NCBI GenBank assembly: GCA_046563655.1
Contig: CM102285.1
Span: 248,001-312,000 of the forward strand
Direction of reading: 5' to 3'
Length of the DNA: 64,000 bases
From: Yuukianura sp. NJ FZ-2021
Lineage: Eukaryota
The notes under the pieces are model-generated. The model saw nothing but the letters and a program-made list of their open reading frames with translations. It made no database searches and had not been told where the DNA came from. This document shows positions 38,001-50,600 of the stretch, piece after piece (within the stretch, counting starts at the first letter, position 1; every line of letters begins with the position of its first letter). The translations under genes were made by a program, and so were the position numbers.

Positions 38001-39640
38001 CTGAAATTTTAAATTTTCAGTTTAGTTCAGTTGTGTTTGAAAAAATTTTGAAATTCAACATTTTCAAAAAAAAATTTTAACTTTTACCGCCAAAAAGACT
38101 GTCGCCATGCGACGGTTCACCGGCTCGTTTCAGCTCGTCACCCAAATACTCCAGAACAGCACGGTAAAGTTCTTCGATGTCATGTTGCACAAAATTATGA
38201 TCTTCCTTCCATCCAAACGTTCTCGTAATCTCATCAGTTTCAATTGAACTTCGAACTGAAAACTAGGCAAAAAAGTCAAAGTCAACAGCAAAAAGGCAAA
38301 AAAAGCAAAGTCATTGTTACAAAAATAACAGAAATCAAAAAAATGAAGCTAGAACAACAAAAAATTGAAACAAAACAACATGGTCAGAACGTTAGAAGAG
38401 CAAAAAAAAGTCAAAGAAAAGCAAACAATTACTTAGAAGTCAAAAAGTAAGAGAAAAACACAAACAGGCAAAAAGTCAAGCAAAACAGCAAAAAAAACGT
38501 CAAAAAGCATAAGGTAGAAAACAGTGACACTTTGGACACAAGTACCTGTAATTGTAAGAAAATTTTTTGAAGTGCCAAAATCAGCGATTTTTTGTGAGGA
38601 TCGTAAGGCACTTTTTGGTTGTAAATGAAATTTCGAAATTCCGGACAAAAAAATAAACTTTGCAGAAGGCTGTTGAGGTAGCAAGTTTGCTGCTGATTTT
38701 TGAGTCCAACGAATTCTCTAGTCAGCAGATCTAAAAGCAAGTATTTAAAAGTAATTAATTAAAGTAATTACGTAATTAATTAAAGTAATTAAGTAATTAC
38801 TTGCCCAATTACTTGAAATACTTACCGTCGTTGTCTGTTGAAATGTCAGGGTCAATGACCTTTGGTTGGCTAACGGTGACCTCGGCAGTGTAGTCGATGT
38901 TAGGAGGAACTCTCGCTCTTTTCTTTTTCATGAGACACAAAGAGTAAACTTTTTCCCGGGAAGGATAAATTCCAAGAACAGAAAATTCAGAGTCCTCCGG
39001 GAAATGGCTCAAGTCAAACTTTAAAAAAACAAAAATTAAAAATTCAAATTTTGAAATCTTTCAAAATTTCAAAAAATCCACCATATATGTTTAAAGTGGC
39101 TTACAGCGTCTCCCGTGTTGGTCTGGTAGACTACACTAACATCGTTGTCAGTCGTCAAATTCGTTTTTGCAGTCACCTGACTCAGAAAATTTGAAATTGT
39201 GGTTTGGGCGGGAAGTACGAATTCAATTGTGCGGCCATCAGAGGTCATTCCGTCCAAGTCACGCAATTTAACAACAATCAAATCTCCCGCATCTTTTTTA
39301 GGCTGCTTGCCTAGAGACGCTTCCTTAACCTAGAACGGGAACATTTGAAAAAAAAATTCAAAATCCATAATCCATTTCGGAATCCAAAATCCATTTCAGA
39401 ATCCATAATCCATTTCGGAATCCAAAATCCATTGTTAAAAATAATCCATCCGAAACTCAGTTAAAATTAAAAATCCCTTTCTAAATCCAACCCAAATAAA
39501 TCCTGTTGAAATCCAAAATCCATTTCAAAATCCACTAAAAATCCATAATCCACAGAACCATGCCATTTCAAAATTTCAAATCTTACCGGACTTTCTGCTC
39601 CATTATTGACCTGCATCGTCTCAGCTTCGCTAATCTTCAT
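29039..39640 (-). CDS. USP47: Ubiquitin carboxyl-terminal hydrolase, USP47-like (divergent)
   Basis: Cys box FVGLKNQQQTCYLNSLLQSLF, QHDIEEL, CERCSALVDAEKG, His box VHEGGSSHRGHYYSYV...WYLCNDS, MKTYGG...AYMLIYR. The last exon DSTEVGRELTREERK...ETGLCINL resembles the USP47 end. Some internal exon borders (31.0-31.3 kb) are uncertain. Confidence 0.85.
30632..30930. repeat. ~130-bp tandem duplication (~2.3 copies) in a USP47 intron
   Basis: GGAAAATACA...GAATTTGTT...CTGACTTTTTCCAAAAT.CCTCCTG.AGAAA...GGTGTTTTA recurs at ~30634 and ~30765, and partially at ~30896. Confidence 0.8.
31220..31333. repeat. 30-bp tandem repeat AGGTCATTGACCCCGTGACCTGATGCCGAA, ~3.7 copies
   Basis: Units start at 31220, 31250, 31280 and 31310. 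It reads GHGVNDLSAS in the USP47 frame. Confidence 0.9.
32270..35616 (+). mobile_element. Non-autonomous Bel/Pao LTR retrotransposon (Gag-protease only), antisense within USP47 intron 31677-36138
   Basis: 351-bp LTRs at 32270-32620 and 35266-35616 (TG...CA, no differences seen by eye). 5-bp TSD GCAAA (32265-32269 and 35617-35621). Short PPT GGGGAA before the 3' LTR. Confidence 0.96.
32679..35060 (+). CDS. gag-pro: Bel/Pao Gag-aspartic protease polyprotein (793 aa) with in-frame pol relics
   Basis: Capsid-like PTFNGDYTEWQNFSDLF...KLVYLKNSLTGEA (DUF1759 type). Three Zn knuckles CPQC-x4-H-x4-C, CINC-x4-H-x4-C and CTKC-x3-H-x4-H. Protease FLDPGSESNFV...LADPDF...IDILLG. No RT or integrase catalytic motifs seen. 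Confidence 0.93.
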   Translation: MASTSSSDVVSFSSATAGLGHVRKTIVRLQTSLDSVTWKPTTVPEVTVKETRLSEIKTEFNYWKRHLICASTSSQSLDDIDDTLIECEDLLEQVQFTLYAVRDSICKHAVDQPGSSRIQHHSNFDSEFKLEKTKPPTFNGDYTEWQNFSDLFQAAVIDNPRISGAQKLVYLKNSLTGEAASIASSFPLNNLSFAEAWELVEKRFNKKREIIFSHLTKLFSLQSVPDTSKGILKLVDTINQCLRSLKILNVNVTDWDIFIVYWAHLKLDPETRRQWLLTTNDELPTLPPFMEFLEKRANALTPTPSSPSSKRKSSPSSSTAHHTTTGQTKTKSGCPQCDDQTHRIYKCPDFLKLSPHDRTTFAHKKKICINCLRSNHQVRDCKSEGVCTKCSKRHNTLLHFDAHVRRRSSSSSSESSSDSNSTTSSASRSPPSAFQSTSSSDEHVQSHHSSSTAPTTKVVLMATVVARVVDQNGERQPCRVFLDPGSESNFVSEAFVDRFNLRRQKSCISVTGIGGSSGGSTRGAVNFKLHSRYDNFIFPVKALILPRLTGQLPRSECQGSFPHLDGLSLADPDFNIPSSIDILLGAEATAQVLLPGIRTGLPGTPLAQDSRFGWFITGTSPLSPDHTSPFSVTSCHVTCDPNDKSLEASLQCYGDLEHSSPQPLKADVLPPQLYAGKVVTTAVSLCPGSTSASMQFRAMPINFCAQKQQVKGNVRFLSPFLDNNNNNNNTRVGSSRQMSAFNNRSRHPVPSRNLKSPQMEPQPNKLYRRPFTRLAPLPIDEDVTAAFSSINQM
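35691..36045 (+). mobile_element. Helentron-associated (DINE-1/HINE-like) element
   Basis: The 5' sequence TTAAGTTAACAACGT has an inverted copy at 35842-35856. There is a (GACA)6 microsatellite at ~35963-35986 and a nested 3' stem-loop TAGTCTTCT...GCATGTC-GTA-GACATGC...AGAAGACTA (35999-36042). Confidence 0.65.
36605..36880. repeat. Degenerate ~20-bp tandem repeat (GTGTTTTATGAAAACCCAAAA) filling a USP47 intron
   Basis: About 11 variant units. Confidence 0.8.
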
Positions 39641-40347
39641 TCTATCCCAACTTTTTAACCCAAATTAGAAAAGTTTAACTAAAAACTTGGAAGTTAAAAT
39701 GCGTTAGTTAAAACTTCCAGCGTTAAAGTAGTTAAAATTAAGTTAAATCCGAATTGAAGTTGGAGTTAAACTTGAACAGATGATGGAGTTCAAGTTGTAA
39801 ATTGAAGTGTAGAGATTAGGAATTTGAGAGTGCGGGTGTAGTTATTACGCTGTAGTTTTTACTTCATGTTTTGAAAGGCTAAAAACAAGAGACTAAAACC
39901 GGTTGTTCTGGAGTGGGTCCATCCCTCCGTACATTTTGTGTTAGTATAGTCTATTTTTAGCTACTCAAAATCTTCTACAAAGCTCACCCAACCCACTCAA
40001 AAGTAAACTCAAAATTCAAAATTAGGTTTGACCTTCGACCCTCAACGGCGCATGAGCACAACTCTACCTCACATGAAAAATATGCACAAATATAAGTTGA
40101 GAACACTATCTGAATATTTTATATTACGTAAATGTTTACATAATATATAAAAACCTTGGCTCTAAAATATTTTAAAACTTAATTTCAAAAAGAGTGCAAT
40201 ATCTGTTCTCCAAAAATCAAAATCTTACAACATACTGCCATTTTCCAAAAAAAAAAAATAATAATAAAAATAGAATAACAAGAAAGTTAAAACTTAAAAA
40301 GAAAGTTTAAAATCTTGTTTTAACAAGATTTTAGATTTCCTATAACT

Positions 40348-43071
40348 TTAGATTTCCACAATTTGTTGAATATCGGCAGGATCCAATTCAACTTCGATGT
40401 CACAGGAATTCTCATCTTGCGAACGCGTCGCATCTTCCGTCGCTGATTGGTCCAAATTTCTAGAAATCTGAACTTCTTCATTGGAATTTTCCAAATCATG
40501 TCCATTTCCAATTTCACGTCCTGATCCAGTATCCTCAAGCAGCAGTTCCTTCAGTTCATCAGCGTCAACTTTGTGAACCTTGAGCAAATGCCTATCGAAA
40601 GTTCAAAACAAAGTAAAATCAACACTTTTTGTAAGTTTTTTTTAAAACTTTTTTTTTTCAAAAAACTTTGAAAGTCGCTTTACCTTTTGAGATGACTTTT
40701 GGTGTGGTAGATTCCAAGGCACTTGACGCATGGAAACAGAGCTTCATGTGTGTGGACAGCATTGATATGGTACCGAAGTGTGGTCAAATGTCTGTACTGC
40801 GCACCACACATTTGACATGCGTGTTTAAATCCAAAGTGGTTCGGTTTGTGTCGTTCCATGTGTACCCTTAAAGTACTCCGCATTTTGAACCGTTCGTCGC
40901 AGTCGGTTCGTTCACACTTAAACGGACGGTCGGGATCATGAGCAAGGCGCTGATGTCTGTTCATTGCGCCTTCTGTTGGAAATCCCTTCGAAAACACAAT
41001 TGAAAAAAGTTGAACAAACTGTTTCTTTTTTCAAAAATATCCAAATCGTCAACTTACCTTGGGGCAAATTGGACACAAAAAGCGGGTATTATCGTGAGTC
41101 TGGAGATGGTGACGGTAGCCCCGCGACAGAACGCCGCGACCACACTGATCACAGATGATTCGCGGAAACTTTCGCTTTCTACGATCGGGCTTACGAACTT
41201 TAGGTGGTTTTGGAACGCCTGAAAACAAAAAATTGTAATTTCAAGAACCAATTTCAAAAAAAGTTAGGTTTAGCTTTAAAAAAAAAGCTCGAAAGTTCTT
41301 ACGCTCTGGTCTGAATTCCAGCGGATCCAATTCTTTATGTGCTCGTGCAATATGTCTTCGAACTTTGTTCGTTTCGTAGAAACGTCTAGAACAAACTGGA
41401 CATGCATAAGGCCTGAAAAGACAAACACAAGTTGACTAGTACCTGAATACGCAATCAGAAAACATGATCAGCTGATCAGAAGATATGATCGGAATATGTG
41501 ATCAGACTTCAGACAACATTATCAGAACATAATGATCAAAACACTATCAGACAGAACATTATGATCGGAACATAATGATGAAAACATATTATCAGAAAAC
41601 ATTATGAGAACATGTGATCAGAAATCATGATCAGAAATCATAGAAATGATCGGAAGAGAAGTCATGATCAGAAATCTGACACTGAGATACAATGTATGTA
41701 AATGTGAGTACGACTTCGTATTTATCATCGTATTTGCCACAAGAAATCCAATTCCTGTGATTTCTGATCAGAAATCAATAAATCAAAAGTTGAGTTTAGA
41801 GCCATAAGTTTGTTATTTAGTAACTCACCTTTCTTGTTTGTGAACCATCATGTGTCGAATCAGTCCAGTTTTGTGCTTGAAGGATTTGTCACAGTCCTTC
41901 TCCTTGCATGTGAATTTCCGGTTGTCACTGTGCACTCTGTGATGAATTAACATTGCACCCCGTCCTTTGAACTTAGCAAAACAAACTTCACATTGATATG
42001 GTCGATCCTCGTGAAAGTGTCGCTTGTGAACGTCCAGTTTGTGTTGTGTCCGAAATCCACTTCCACACTGGTCACACTTGTACTTGTCCACATCTCGGTG
42101 AGTCTTTCGATGAACCCTAAGGTTATGACCATTAGCAAAACAAGCTCCACACTCATCACACACTGTGGACTTGTTTCCCGGTCGACCAACGTTCGACGAT
42201 CGTCTGCTTGGGCTTCCAGTATGCTTGTCACTGTGTGGATTCCAATCTTCAGTATCCGATCTACTTTTACTTTCTTGAGACTCGTTTTTAAGAATTGCAA
42301 ACTTTCTTGTGATCGGTCGTCCGGAGCGCGTCTTCATTGGTGAATTCGAAGTATCACCGCCATCTATGAAATCGTTCATATCAATTAATTAGTTCAACCA
42401 ATTAGAAAGTTATGTAGCCAGCATTTACAACTACACATACCGTTGCTGGCTATCTCAACTCCGGCGCCTTCGCCGCTCTTTTCTTGAGATGAAACCTTTG
42501 AGAATCGAATGCCATCGTAATCGAGGTCAGACTCCTCATTTTCTTCAAATCCGTTGAAATCTTCCAAGTCGTTGTTGTTATCCACACGAACGTATTCTTC
42601 GTCGTCATCCCCTCCTTCAAGATTAATTTCTACCTTTACAACGTCTGTTTCCAAAATGAACATTCAAAAATTAAATCATAAATCGTAAATGAAACGATAA
42701 TTTTTGAGATATCCTCTGGCATACCGTTCCCTTTTGATTGACGGTGGAGTTGACGAAAGTTCGATTTGAGGAGTCCAAGTATTGAGTAGTGCTCCTTTAT
42801 TCGGTCACTTCCTGGAAAAAAAAATAGCACAATGTTAAAGTTATGTAAGGTAAGCCTAACTAATCGATTAAGACTAACCAAAGTAATCACCGATTAATCG
42901 ATTAATTAAACAAGTCTATCTTAAGTTCTTACCGAATTCTTTGAGTACAATACTTTCGAGCAACGTAACTCTTTTACAGAGAGAGGAAATTGTTGAAGTC
43001 AAGGATCGTTCCAGCTGATCCAACTGCAGATGCAGAGGTAAGGAGCTTGGCTTACCGCTTCTCCGTAACAT
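40348..43071 (-). CDS. Multi-C2H2 zinc-finger transcription factor with an acidic linker
   Basis: At least 10 CxxC...HxxxH fingers (for example CDECGACFANGHNLRVHRKTH, CDQCGSGFRTQHKLDVHKRHFH, CQMCGAQYRHLTTLRYHINAVH) on phase-compatible exons, with an acidic region VVKVEINLEGGDDDEE. Start is tentative. Confidence 0.88.
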
Positions 43072-43425
43072 GATGAACGCAATTAATTGATTGTAAATTT
43101 AATTATTGAACTAATTACAGATTATTAGCCAGTTTTAATCTTAATCAAGTTCATCCAAAATCTAAATGAGAAGACTAAAATGTTATGATGTTTTATGTTT
43201 TATAGATTTGAGTGACTGGAATACCCGGGAAAAAAATTTACAAAAATATTTTCAATACATTTTCAAATTGAGAAACTCCCGCCTCTGGTTTTGTCTTACA
43301 AAACTCCGAATACCTTTAATCTAATTAGTAATTACTCTAAGTTAATTAACTTAATTACTTATCAATATGATTGTAACTGATAAACATCAGTGACCTTGAC
43401 CTGCGACCTCTCACTTGGCCCACTT

Positions 43426-45097
43426 TCAAAGCACAGGCACCCCTATCAAGTCTTCTTCCGTTTCCTCTTCCATGGCTTGATTCTCCTCATCTTCCTCGTC
43501 GTCGTCTTCCTCTTCTTCGTCAACTTGGTCTGTCTGGTCTGGTTGAAGGGCTTGTTTTTCAGCATACTCACTCAATACCTAAACAGAAATATTGTTAATC
43601 ACAATTAACTAATCACAATTAAGCTAATCACGATTAATTAATCAAGTTACCTGCTCTTCCGTTCGGCGTAGTCGCACATTGTCTGCCAATTGCTTCTTCA
43701 ACTCGTCGTTGGTCTCTGCTGGATCACTTTGTGGAGTCGATTTGTCATATAACTTGGGTATGGCGATCCCCAACTCCTTGGCTCTTCTTCGTTTGTACTC
43801 TTTGACGACGTATTTGAACAGCTCAAGAGCTGGAATCAAAATTTTGAAAAAGAAAAATTTTGAAATTGAAAATTTTGAAAATCAAGAAATGGCAAGTTTT
43901 CATGAAGTTTGAATATAAAATGTTACCTATTTGTGTCTGTTCTCCCTCTACGACGACGATATGCTTCTCTGCTATCGTTTTTGAAACGACATCCAAGATG
44001 TCGTTGTACTCGGGCGTGGCATAAGCAACTTCCTTCTTGTTTTTTACCGAAAACTTACAGAAACTGTTCAAAAAGGCTTCTATTGCTGAGTCGATTTCTG
44101 GATACTTTGTCACTAGAGAAAAACAGAACAAATTCAAAACGATTCTTAAACGTTGACTCCGACTTTTATTCGTACCTTGTTCAACACGAAATCGTTTTTG
44201 CATTGGGCGATCAGTAAGTTTTCCATTGTATCCATAATACTCAGCTAATTTTTCATAGCTAGCCAGCAATCTAAAGAAAAAGTTTCATAATTTTTTTTTT
44301 TCGAATTTGAACAAAAAAGTTTGTGAAAAAGTCTTTTTAAAAAAATACTTTTTGGTGAGTCTATCCTTGAGTATGTAAGATGAATTAACGTCATCGTCCA
44401 AGTCCACTTCCTCTTGATCTACAGCATCAATTGTCTGCATCAGTCCCTAACAAATTCAAAAGTAATTGCTAAAATACCATACTAATTTACAAATTCAAAA
44501 GTAATTGCTAAAATACCATACTAATTATTAAGTAATTACAAATTCAAAAGTAATTAGGTTCAGATTAGGACATCCCACTTACGACAATCTGCCTCTCAAT
44601 CATCAAACGTTTTTCTTCCGTTCGATTGGAACCTGCTGCTGTTCCGTTGACCCCAGACCTTCTGGGAAGTGACTTTGTGCTGCTGCGTCGTCGTTTTAGT
44701 GACGTTTTTTTCTTTTCAACTCTCGACGGAGGACGTGGCTGGACTAGATTGGAATGACTTGGGCCTGGTTGTGGCTCTACTGGTGGAAGCATGATCGTGC
44801 TCACCCTTCGACTTGGTCTGCTATCTGAACTGGAGGGGGACTCGACTGGAACATTGGCTCTTGCTACCGCTGGCTAAAGAAACATAATCAAAAGTTTAAC
44901 TGATTTGTATATAATCACAACTAATAGTTCTAAACCCTAACCTCATTTCTAGGTGCGGAAACAGAGGGTGATGGTAGGATGATGACACAATCGTCATCTT
45001 CAGAGGACGAATCTATCTGAATCACTTCAGTTTCAGGCGGAGGACGACAAGAGGCCGTTTTTAGTACAGTGATCGTCCCATTGTGGCCGTTCTGCAT
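43426..45097 (-). CDS. DAXX: Daxx-like H3.3 histone chaperone (death domain-associated protein 6 family)
   Basis: Motifs match the Daxx histone-binding domain: QEEVDLDDDVNSSYILKDRL, TKYPEIDSAIE, PEYNDIL, ALELFKYVVKEYKRRR, DPAETNDELKKQLADN, VLSEYAEKQ. An acidic tail follows, and SIM-like EVIQIDSSSEDDDCVIIL lies near the N-terminus. Start codon is uncertain. Confidence 0.85.
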
Positions 45098-45589
45098 CCT
45101 TTCTTCCAGAAAAATAAGTCCTGAAGTAAAGCTCTTGATTGCGATGAAATTGTTAAACGCAGGCACTTGCTTCACATTCACTTCCTCCAGTAAGTCCGTA
45201 TTCTGTTAAACCACAACAATTTTAAAAGTTAACGTTAATTAGTTGATTTAGAACAAATTTAAAAGTTATCCACGGACAAACCTAATGACATATGGCTCTG
45301 GGACGGTCCTCCTGAGGTCACAGGTCAAAGCAAGGTCACAGGGTTGACCCAGTGGAGTAAAGAGGCTTATTAGTTCATCGATTAGTTGTGCTTGTGATAA
45401 ATGTTGTGGTCTGCGGATTCTAGAGAAAAAGATAATAATTTGTTTATAATAATAATACAAATTAATATTAATATAATTGATTTTATGTGTAGTAAAAAAT
45501 AACCTCCAAATCCAAACAACTGTGCCTGTGTATATAGTAAATTGTTGTTGTGCAAATTCCTTCACGTCAAAAATTCAAATTCCGAAACT

Positions 45590-45670
45590 CTTTTCCCGCC
45601 AAAAATAAATTTCGAATTTCGCTGCTTTTCTAAAAAGTCTCAGCAGATGGCGTGGTGGCGGGATTTTTCA
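45590..45670 (-). promoter_or_regulatory. Probable Daxx promoter with E2F-type sites
   Basis: TTTTCCCGCCAAAA (45591-45604), GGCGGGATTT (~45657) and AGATGGCG lie just upstream of the first exon-like segment. Confidence 0.5.
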
Positions 45671-47670
45671 ACATGAAACGACGCTTGACTTTTTTGAATT
45701 TTTTATATACATTTTTGTGTTTTTAGTATAGTTTTAAGTGTTAGTAGAAGTTTTTAACACAGTTTTGTGTGTTAGGTGCGTTTTTAACACAGTTTTATGT
45801 GTTTATCAAACACATGTACGTCTATGGGCTTTCATTACTTTTCGATTTATAAATGTGACTTTTGGATTTCTTTATGCGTGAAAAATTACGTAAAAACTTA
45901 AGAATTTACGTTTTTACGAATTTTTACACTTGGTTTTAACATATATGAAGCAAAATGATTTATTTCAACAAGGAAATATTGGGACAATTCTTGACAGGTG
46001 ACAAAACTGCTGAAGTTGACAACACAAAATTAGGTTTTACAATTTACGAATTTGCTAACATTTACATTTACGTAGTGGATTAAGTAAAGGGTGGATAGCT
46101 TTTTGATCAATTTGTATAGTAAAACTTTTGATATGGAAATTTTACCTTGATTGTTCCAATTCCTTCAGCAAACTAAGAACCATTAAAACTAATTCTTGAT
46201 TAAAAATTAGACCAAATTATGAAAGCTTTTGATTTAGTCAAAGTATTTTTCAGATTCCGAAAAATGGATAAGTTTTTTGAAATGGATTTGTTAATATTTT
46301 GAGATCACAGGAGAGACCGAAGGCCAAGTGATAGCTAAAAGTAACAAAGCTAAAGCTAGGTTAGGTAATTGTAATTAATTAACTTTTGGTAATTAGATTT
46401 TATGTTAAATTTGGGTACAAAGTTAAGGTCAAGTTAGGCATTTTAGGCGTTAAGGTTTAGACGTTTAGGTAAAAATGTGTAAGAGTAGAAGGTGGATAAA
46501 GTGTTCACAGCAAATTTTAGTACAATGATTGTTGAATTACTAATTAAACTCACTAATTACTAATTACATTTCGCTAATTACTAATTACATAACACCAAAT
46601 GTAGCATGAATCACCTATAGAAATACAATACACAATTAATTACAATTAATGTACAATTAATTATTGTACATTTACACTTTTTACACATTTTTACTTTACA
46701 GTTTTACACTTTACATTTTTGCACAGACAGGCTACTCACGATACTTAAAAAAACTCTTTTTTTATAATGTTTTTAATAGCACCTACAATTTACATCAGAA
46801 AATTTTGGGTTTTCAAATTTCAAGTTCCAAAATTCAAATTCTTCAAATTTTATGCACAAGTGAAAGTAAACTGCAAATACTTTGCGTTTATTTCCGCTAA
46901 AATTTTGGCGCTACTTTCAAACCGTTAACTGTAAAAGGTGACAATTTACATTAAAATGTTACATTAAAATTTATTATTTTACATTTTATATTATTATATT
47001 ATTATTATTCATTGTAATTACACGTTTCATATTTATGAAATAGGCCCAAAATGTATTTTCCCCCGCCTTTTGCACGATGCCGTAATACTATTTTAAACTT
47101 CTACAATTAGTTTTTGTAATTTTTTCCTGTTTTTTATTCAAAGTGACTTGGAATTTGAGTTGTGCGCGTGAGAAATCTAGTTTTTGCCAACTCTACACAG
47201 AACTTTTTTAAGACGTCACGGTCAGTGGTGGTCCCCTTCCATAAAATACGTGTCAAATGAAAAGAAAGTCAGCAGTGTGTAGCCTCTTTTTCAAGAAAAT
47301 GAAAAATTTGGCTTCTTTTGCAGAAAAAAAAAGTTTGAAAGTTGCCGCCTTTTTAAAAATTAAGTTGAGAAATGGAGTTACAACAATAGAAAATGCTTCG
47401 GCTCATCAGTTTCGGGGGGTTAGGCCATTTGAAAGCAGATTTCAATTGAAATGCAATGATCAGTAGGGGGGGAGGGGTGAGACAATAGGGGGGGGGGGGT
47501 AAAATTCATCAATCAATCAGTTCTTGGAATGTCCGGATGAGTGCCAATTGATTGATGAGGTTCCATGTCATTCTAAAGTTAGGCTACTAACCTAATGCTA
47601 AAAGTTAGGTTAATCCATACGTGATTTTAAGATTAGGTTGGTTAGGTTTTTAGCCTAACCGTAGTTAGGT

Positions 47671-50600
47671 TCAAGCGTATTCAGTTTCCGTGGAGACACT
47701 TCTGTCGAGGAAGGTTCTACTCGGATGGGAATGTGATGCAGGAAGGTCGTAGGTGGATTGTTCCTCTTCTGTGGAGTTGGTTCCGTGGGGCCCAGTGGCC
47801 CCACCCGGTGGGGCACTGCTGGTGGTGGGGCCAGTAGTGGCGCTGGAATGGGCATAAGCGAGACTCTTCTGGTAACTAAACAACTGACGCTCCAAACTGT
47901 AGTTCTCTGCCTGCAAGGCTCCAATTTCCTTTCTAAAAAAGAAACAAAAGAGAAAGTAAACACTGATGGAAAGTGGTTGTGCAAAAGTAATTACTCACTT
48001 AATTACTAATTACTAAGTAATTACTCAAAGTTAATTGCTTCAAAAGTAATTAGTCTCGAGTTGCATCAGTGTGCATCACTACTGTTCTGGAACTGTGCAC
48101 AATTGAAATGGAACTGTGCACAAGTCCTGCAGTACTACGTGCGATTTTTATGGAACGGTGCACAACTCTAACGGAACTACATACGATTTTTATGGAACGA
48201 TGCACAACTCTAACGGAACTACATACGATTTTTATGGAACGGTGCACAACTCTAACGGAACTACATACGATTTTTATGGAACGGTGCACAACTCTAACGG
48301 AACTACATAGGATTTTTATGGAACAATGCACAACTCTAACGGAACTACACAAGGTTTTGGTGAAACTGCCGTCAACTATAACGAAACTGTGCACAACTCT
48401 GGCTTAACTGGAACCTGTTTTGTGAAACTGTGCACCACTTTTGTAGACTGGTGCACAACTGTTGTAGAAGTGTGAATAAGTTTTCTGTAACTGTGCATAA
48501 TTGTGAAGGTGTGCATACTTACATGACACTACAAAATGACGACCGTTTGGTTGTGCAGATCAACATGGTGCAAACGTAAAAATTGTGCATCGATACACAA
48601 TTTTTACGTTTGCACCATGTTGATGGTGTCTCTGCAAACAATCCCAGGTTCTGCAGAAACTTATATGGTGAACACATTCACAAACACATTCGTTAATAAA
48701 ACAAAAATGTGCAAATGTGCACAACATATTTTAGGAATTTCAAACGCTTTTTTATAGACAACGGTTTTTCTTGAAAACGGAAAACGGTTTTCTCGAAAAC
48801 GGAAAACTTCCTGAACAACAGAAAACGGTTTTTTTCGAAAACGGAAAACTTAAAACTTCCTGGAAAACGGAAAACTTACTGAAAAATGGAAAACGGTTTT
48901 TCTCAAAAATAAAAAAAAACGGAAAACTTCCTGGAAAACGGAAGGCGGTTTGCTCAAAAACGGAAAACTTCCTGAGAAACGGAGGGCGGTTTTTCTCAAA
49001 AACAAAAAACTTTTTGGAAAACGGAAGGCGGTTTTTTTTCGGTTCAGAGTCGTTTACAATTTTGAATCGGTTTTGTACAGTTTGTGCATGCTTTGTGGTG
49101 AGCAAAAGTACTTACAAAGGGCGGACTACAATTTTAGTTCAGGTTGCGATAATAGCTGCACAAACTTGAAATTTTGAAGAAGAATCCTCTATTTTGTGCA
49201 TCGTTCAATTTTTTACCATTTTGGTTACACTTCTGTTGTTTCAAAAGCAAAGTTTGTCGAATTTTTTTTTGGTTTTTGCCCTTTGTCAAATGCACAGCAT
49301 TTGACGGTCGTACCAAAATCTGGTTTATGTCATGCACAAACTTTTTTTCATGCGTGCAAATTTTTAACAAAGTGTACATATATTTCTCAAATTGCACAAA
49401 TTTTATATCAAGTTGCAAGTTTTTAATTCTGTACTTTCTGTGTAAATTTTTGTATATTCAAACTTGGAGGGCTTCGAAACGTTGAGAAGATATAAGAATC
49501 AAAAATTTCCACTAAATTTTATTAATTGCTTTAACTAATTAAATTTTTTTTTGTGAAAATAGTTTCATTTTAATTGCCCTCTCAAAAATCAGTCATGAAG
49601 AACTAGAAAAAGAGAAAAAAAATTTCTTCTAAGGTAAAGTTTTTCATCATAAAGAGGAAAGTTCTTGAAAAAAAATCTGACAGTGAAAGTAGCGAACGTT
49701 ACTTTTGATTTGCATCTAAACTTACAAAAAACAAGTCTTCAGACTTTTACGCAGAAAAAAAAATAGGGTCAAGGCTCTACTTTGCAAAAGGTAAATGTAC
49801 AGTACGTTTCAGAAATTGTGGACTCACAAATATTTTTTCCGCTGAAAAACGCAAATCCATTTCCATCTTTCCGTGCTACTCTTTCTGTACTAAACTAGTT
49901 TTTAAGTTTTTTGTTAAGTTTAGGCTTTGATGTTGGAGAAAGTTTTCTCCTGTTTTGTGTTGCTTCTAGTTTTTTATGCCTGCAGCCTTTTGGAAAATGG
50001 CGGGAGATGTATGAATTTTAATTTGGTTTAATGGCTTCCGCCCACCTCCTCCCGAAAACCAATTTTTTCTTCAGGAAAACTTTTCAAAATAAACTTCAAC
50101 TTTTTGGTAAGTGGAGTTTTCGGTTGAAGTGAACCAACTCCCTCACGGCTGTAACCACCACACGAGGACGAAAGAACGACGTAACCATAGCAACCGGTTG
50201 CTTAATTGCCATTTCCACTGGATATCTACTGGAGGAAATGCACCCGAAATGGATTAAACTTTTACTGGATAGAAGAAATTATAAATTTAGCGCCAAATTC
50301 AAAAAAATTGAAATTTAAAATGACAAAATAATATCAAAAAAAGTTTCTTTCATTGTTAAAATTAATTATTTACTTAAAACTCATGCGAAAAATATATTTC
50401 CTTCGTTTTTGTCCAGTATATTAAATTCTTTAACCTTTTGTATCTAATTAATTCACACCGAGCGGACAAGCTCCGCCCTGTTGGATACATCCATTTCGTC
50501 CATTTCTTCCACTGGATATTCAGCTGTGGATGAAATGTCGAAAAAGTGGATATCCAGCAGCACTGCTTGTAATGTTACCCAAGACTTTCTGGTGTTTACG

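Noticed and set aside
48050-49485. Repetitive ORFs (LHTIFMERCTTLTE; KTENFLENG) as proteins
   Set aside because: They arise from 42-bp and AAAACGG repeats that are open on both strands inside an intron of the MATH gene.
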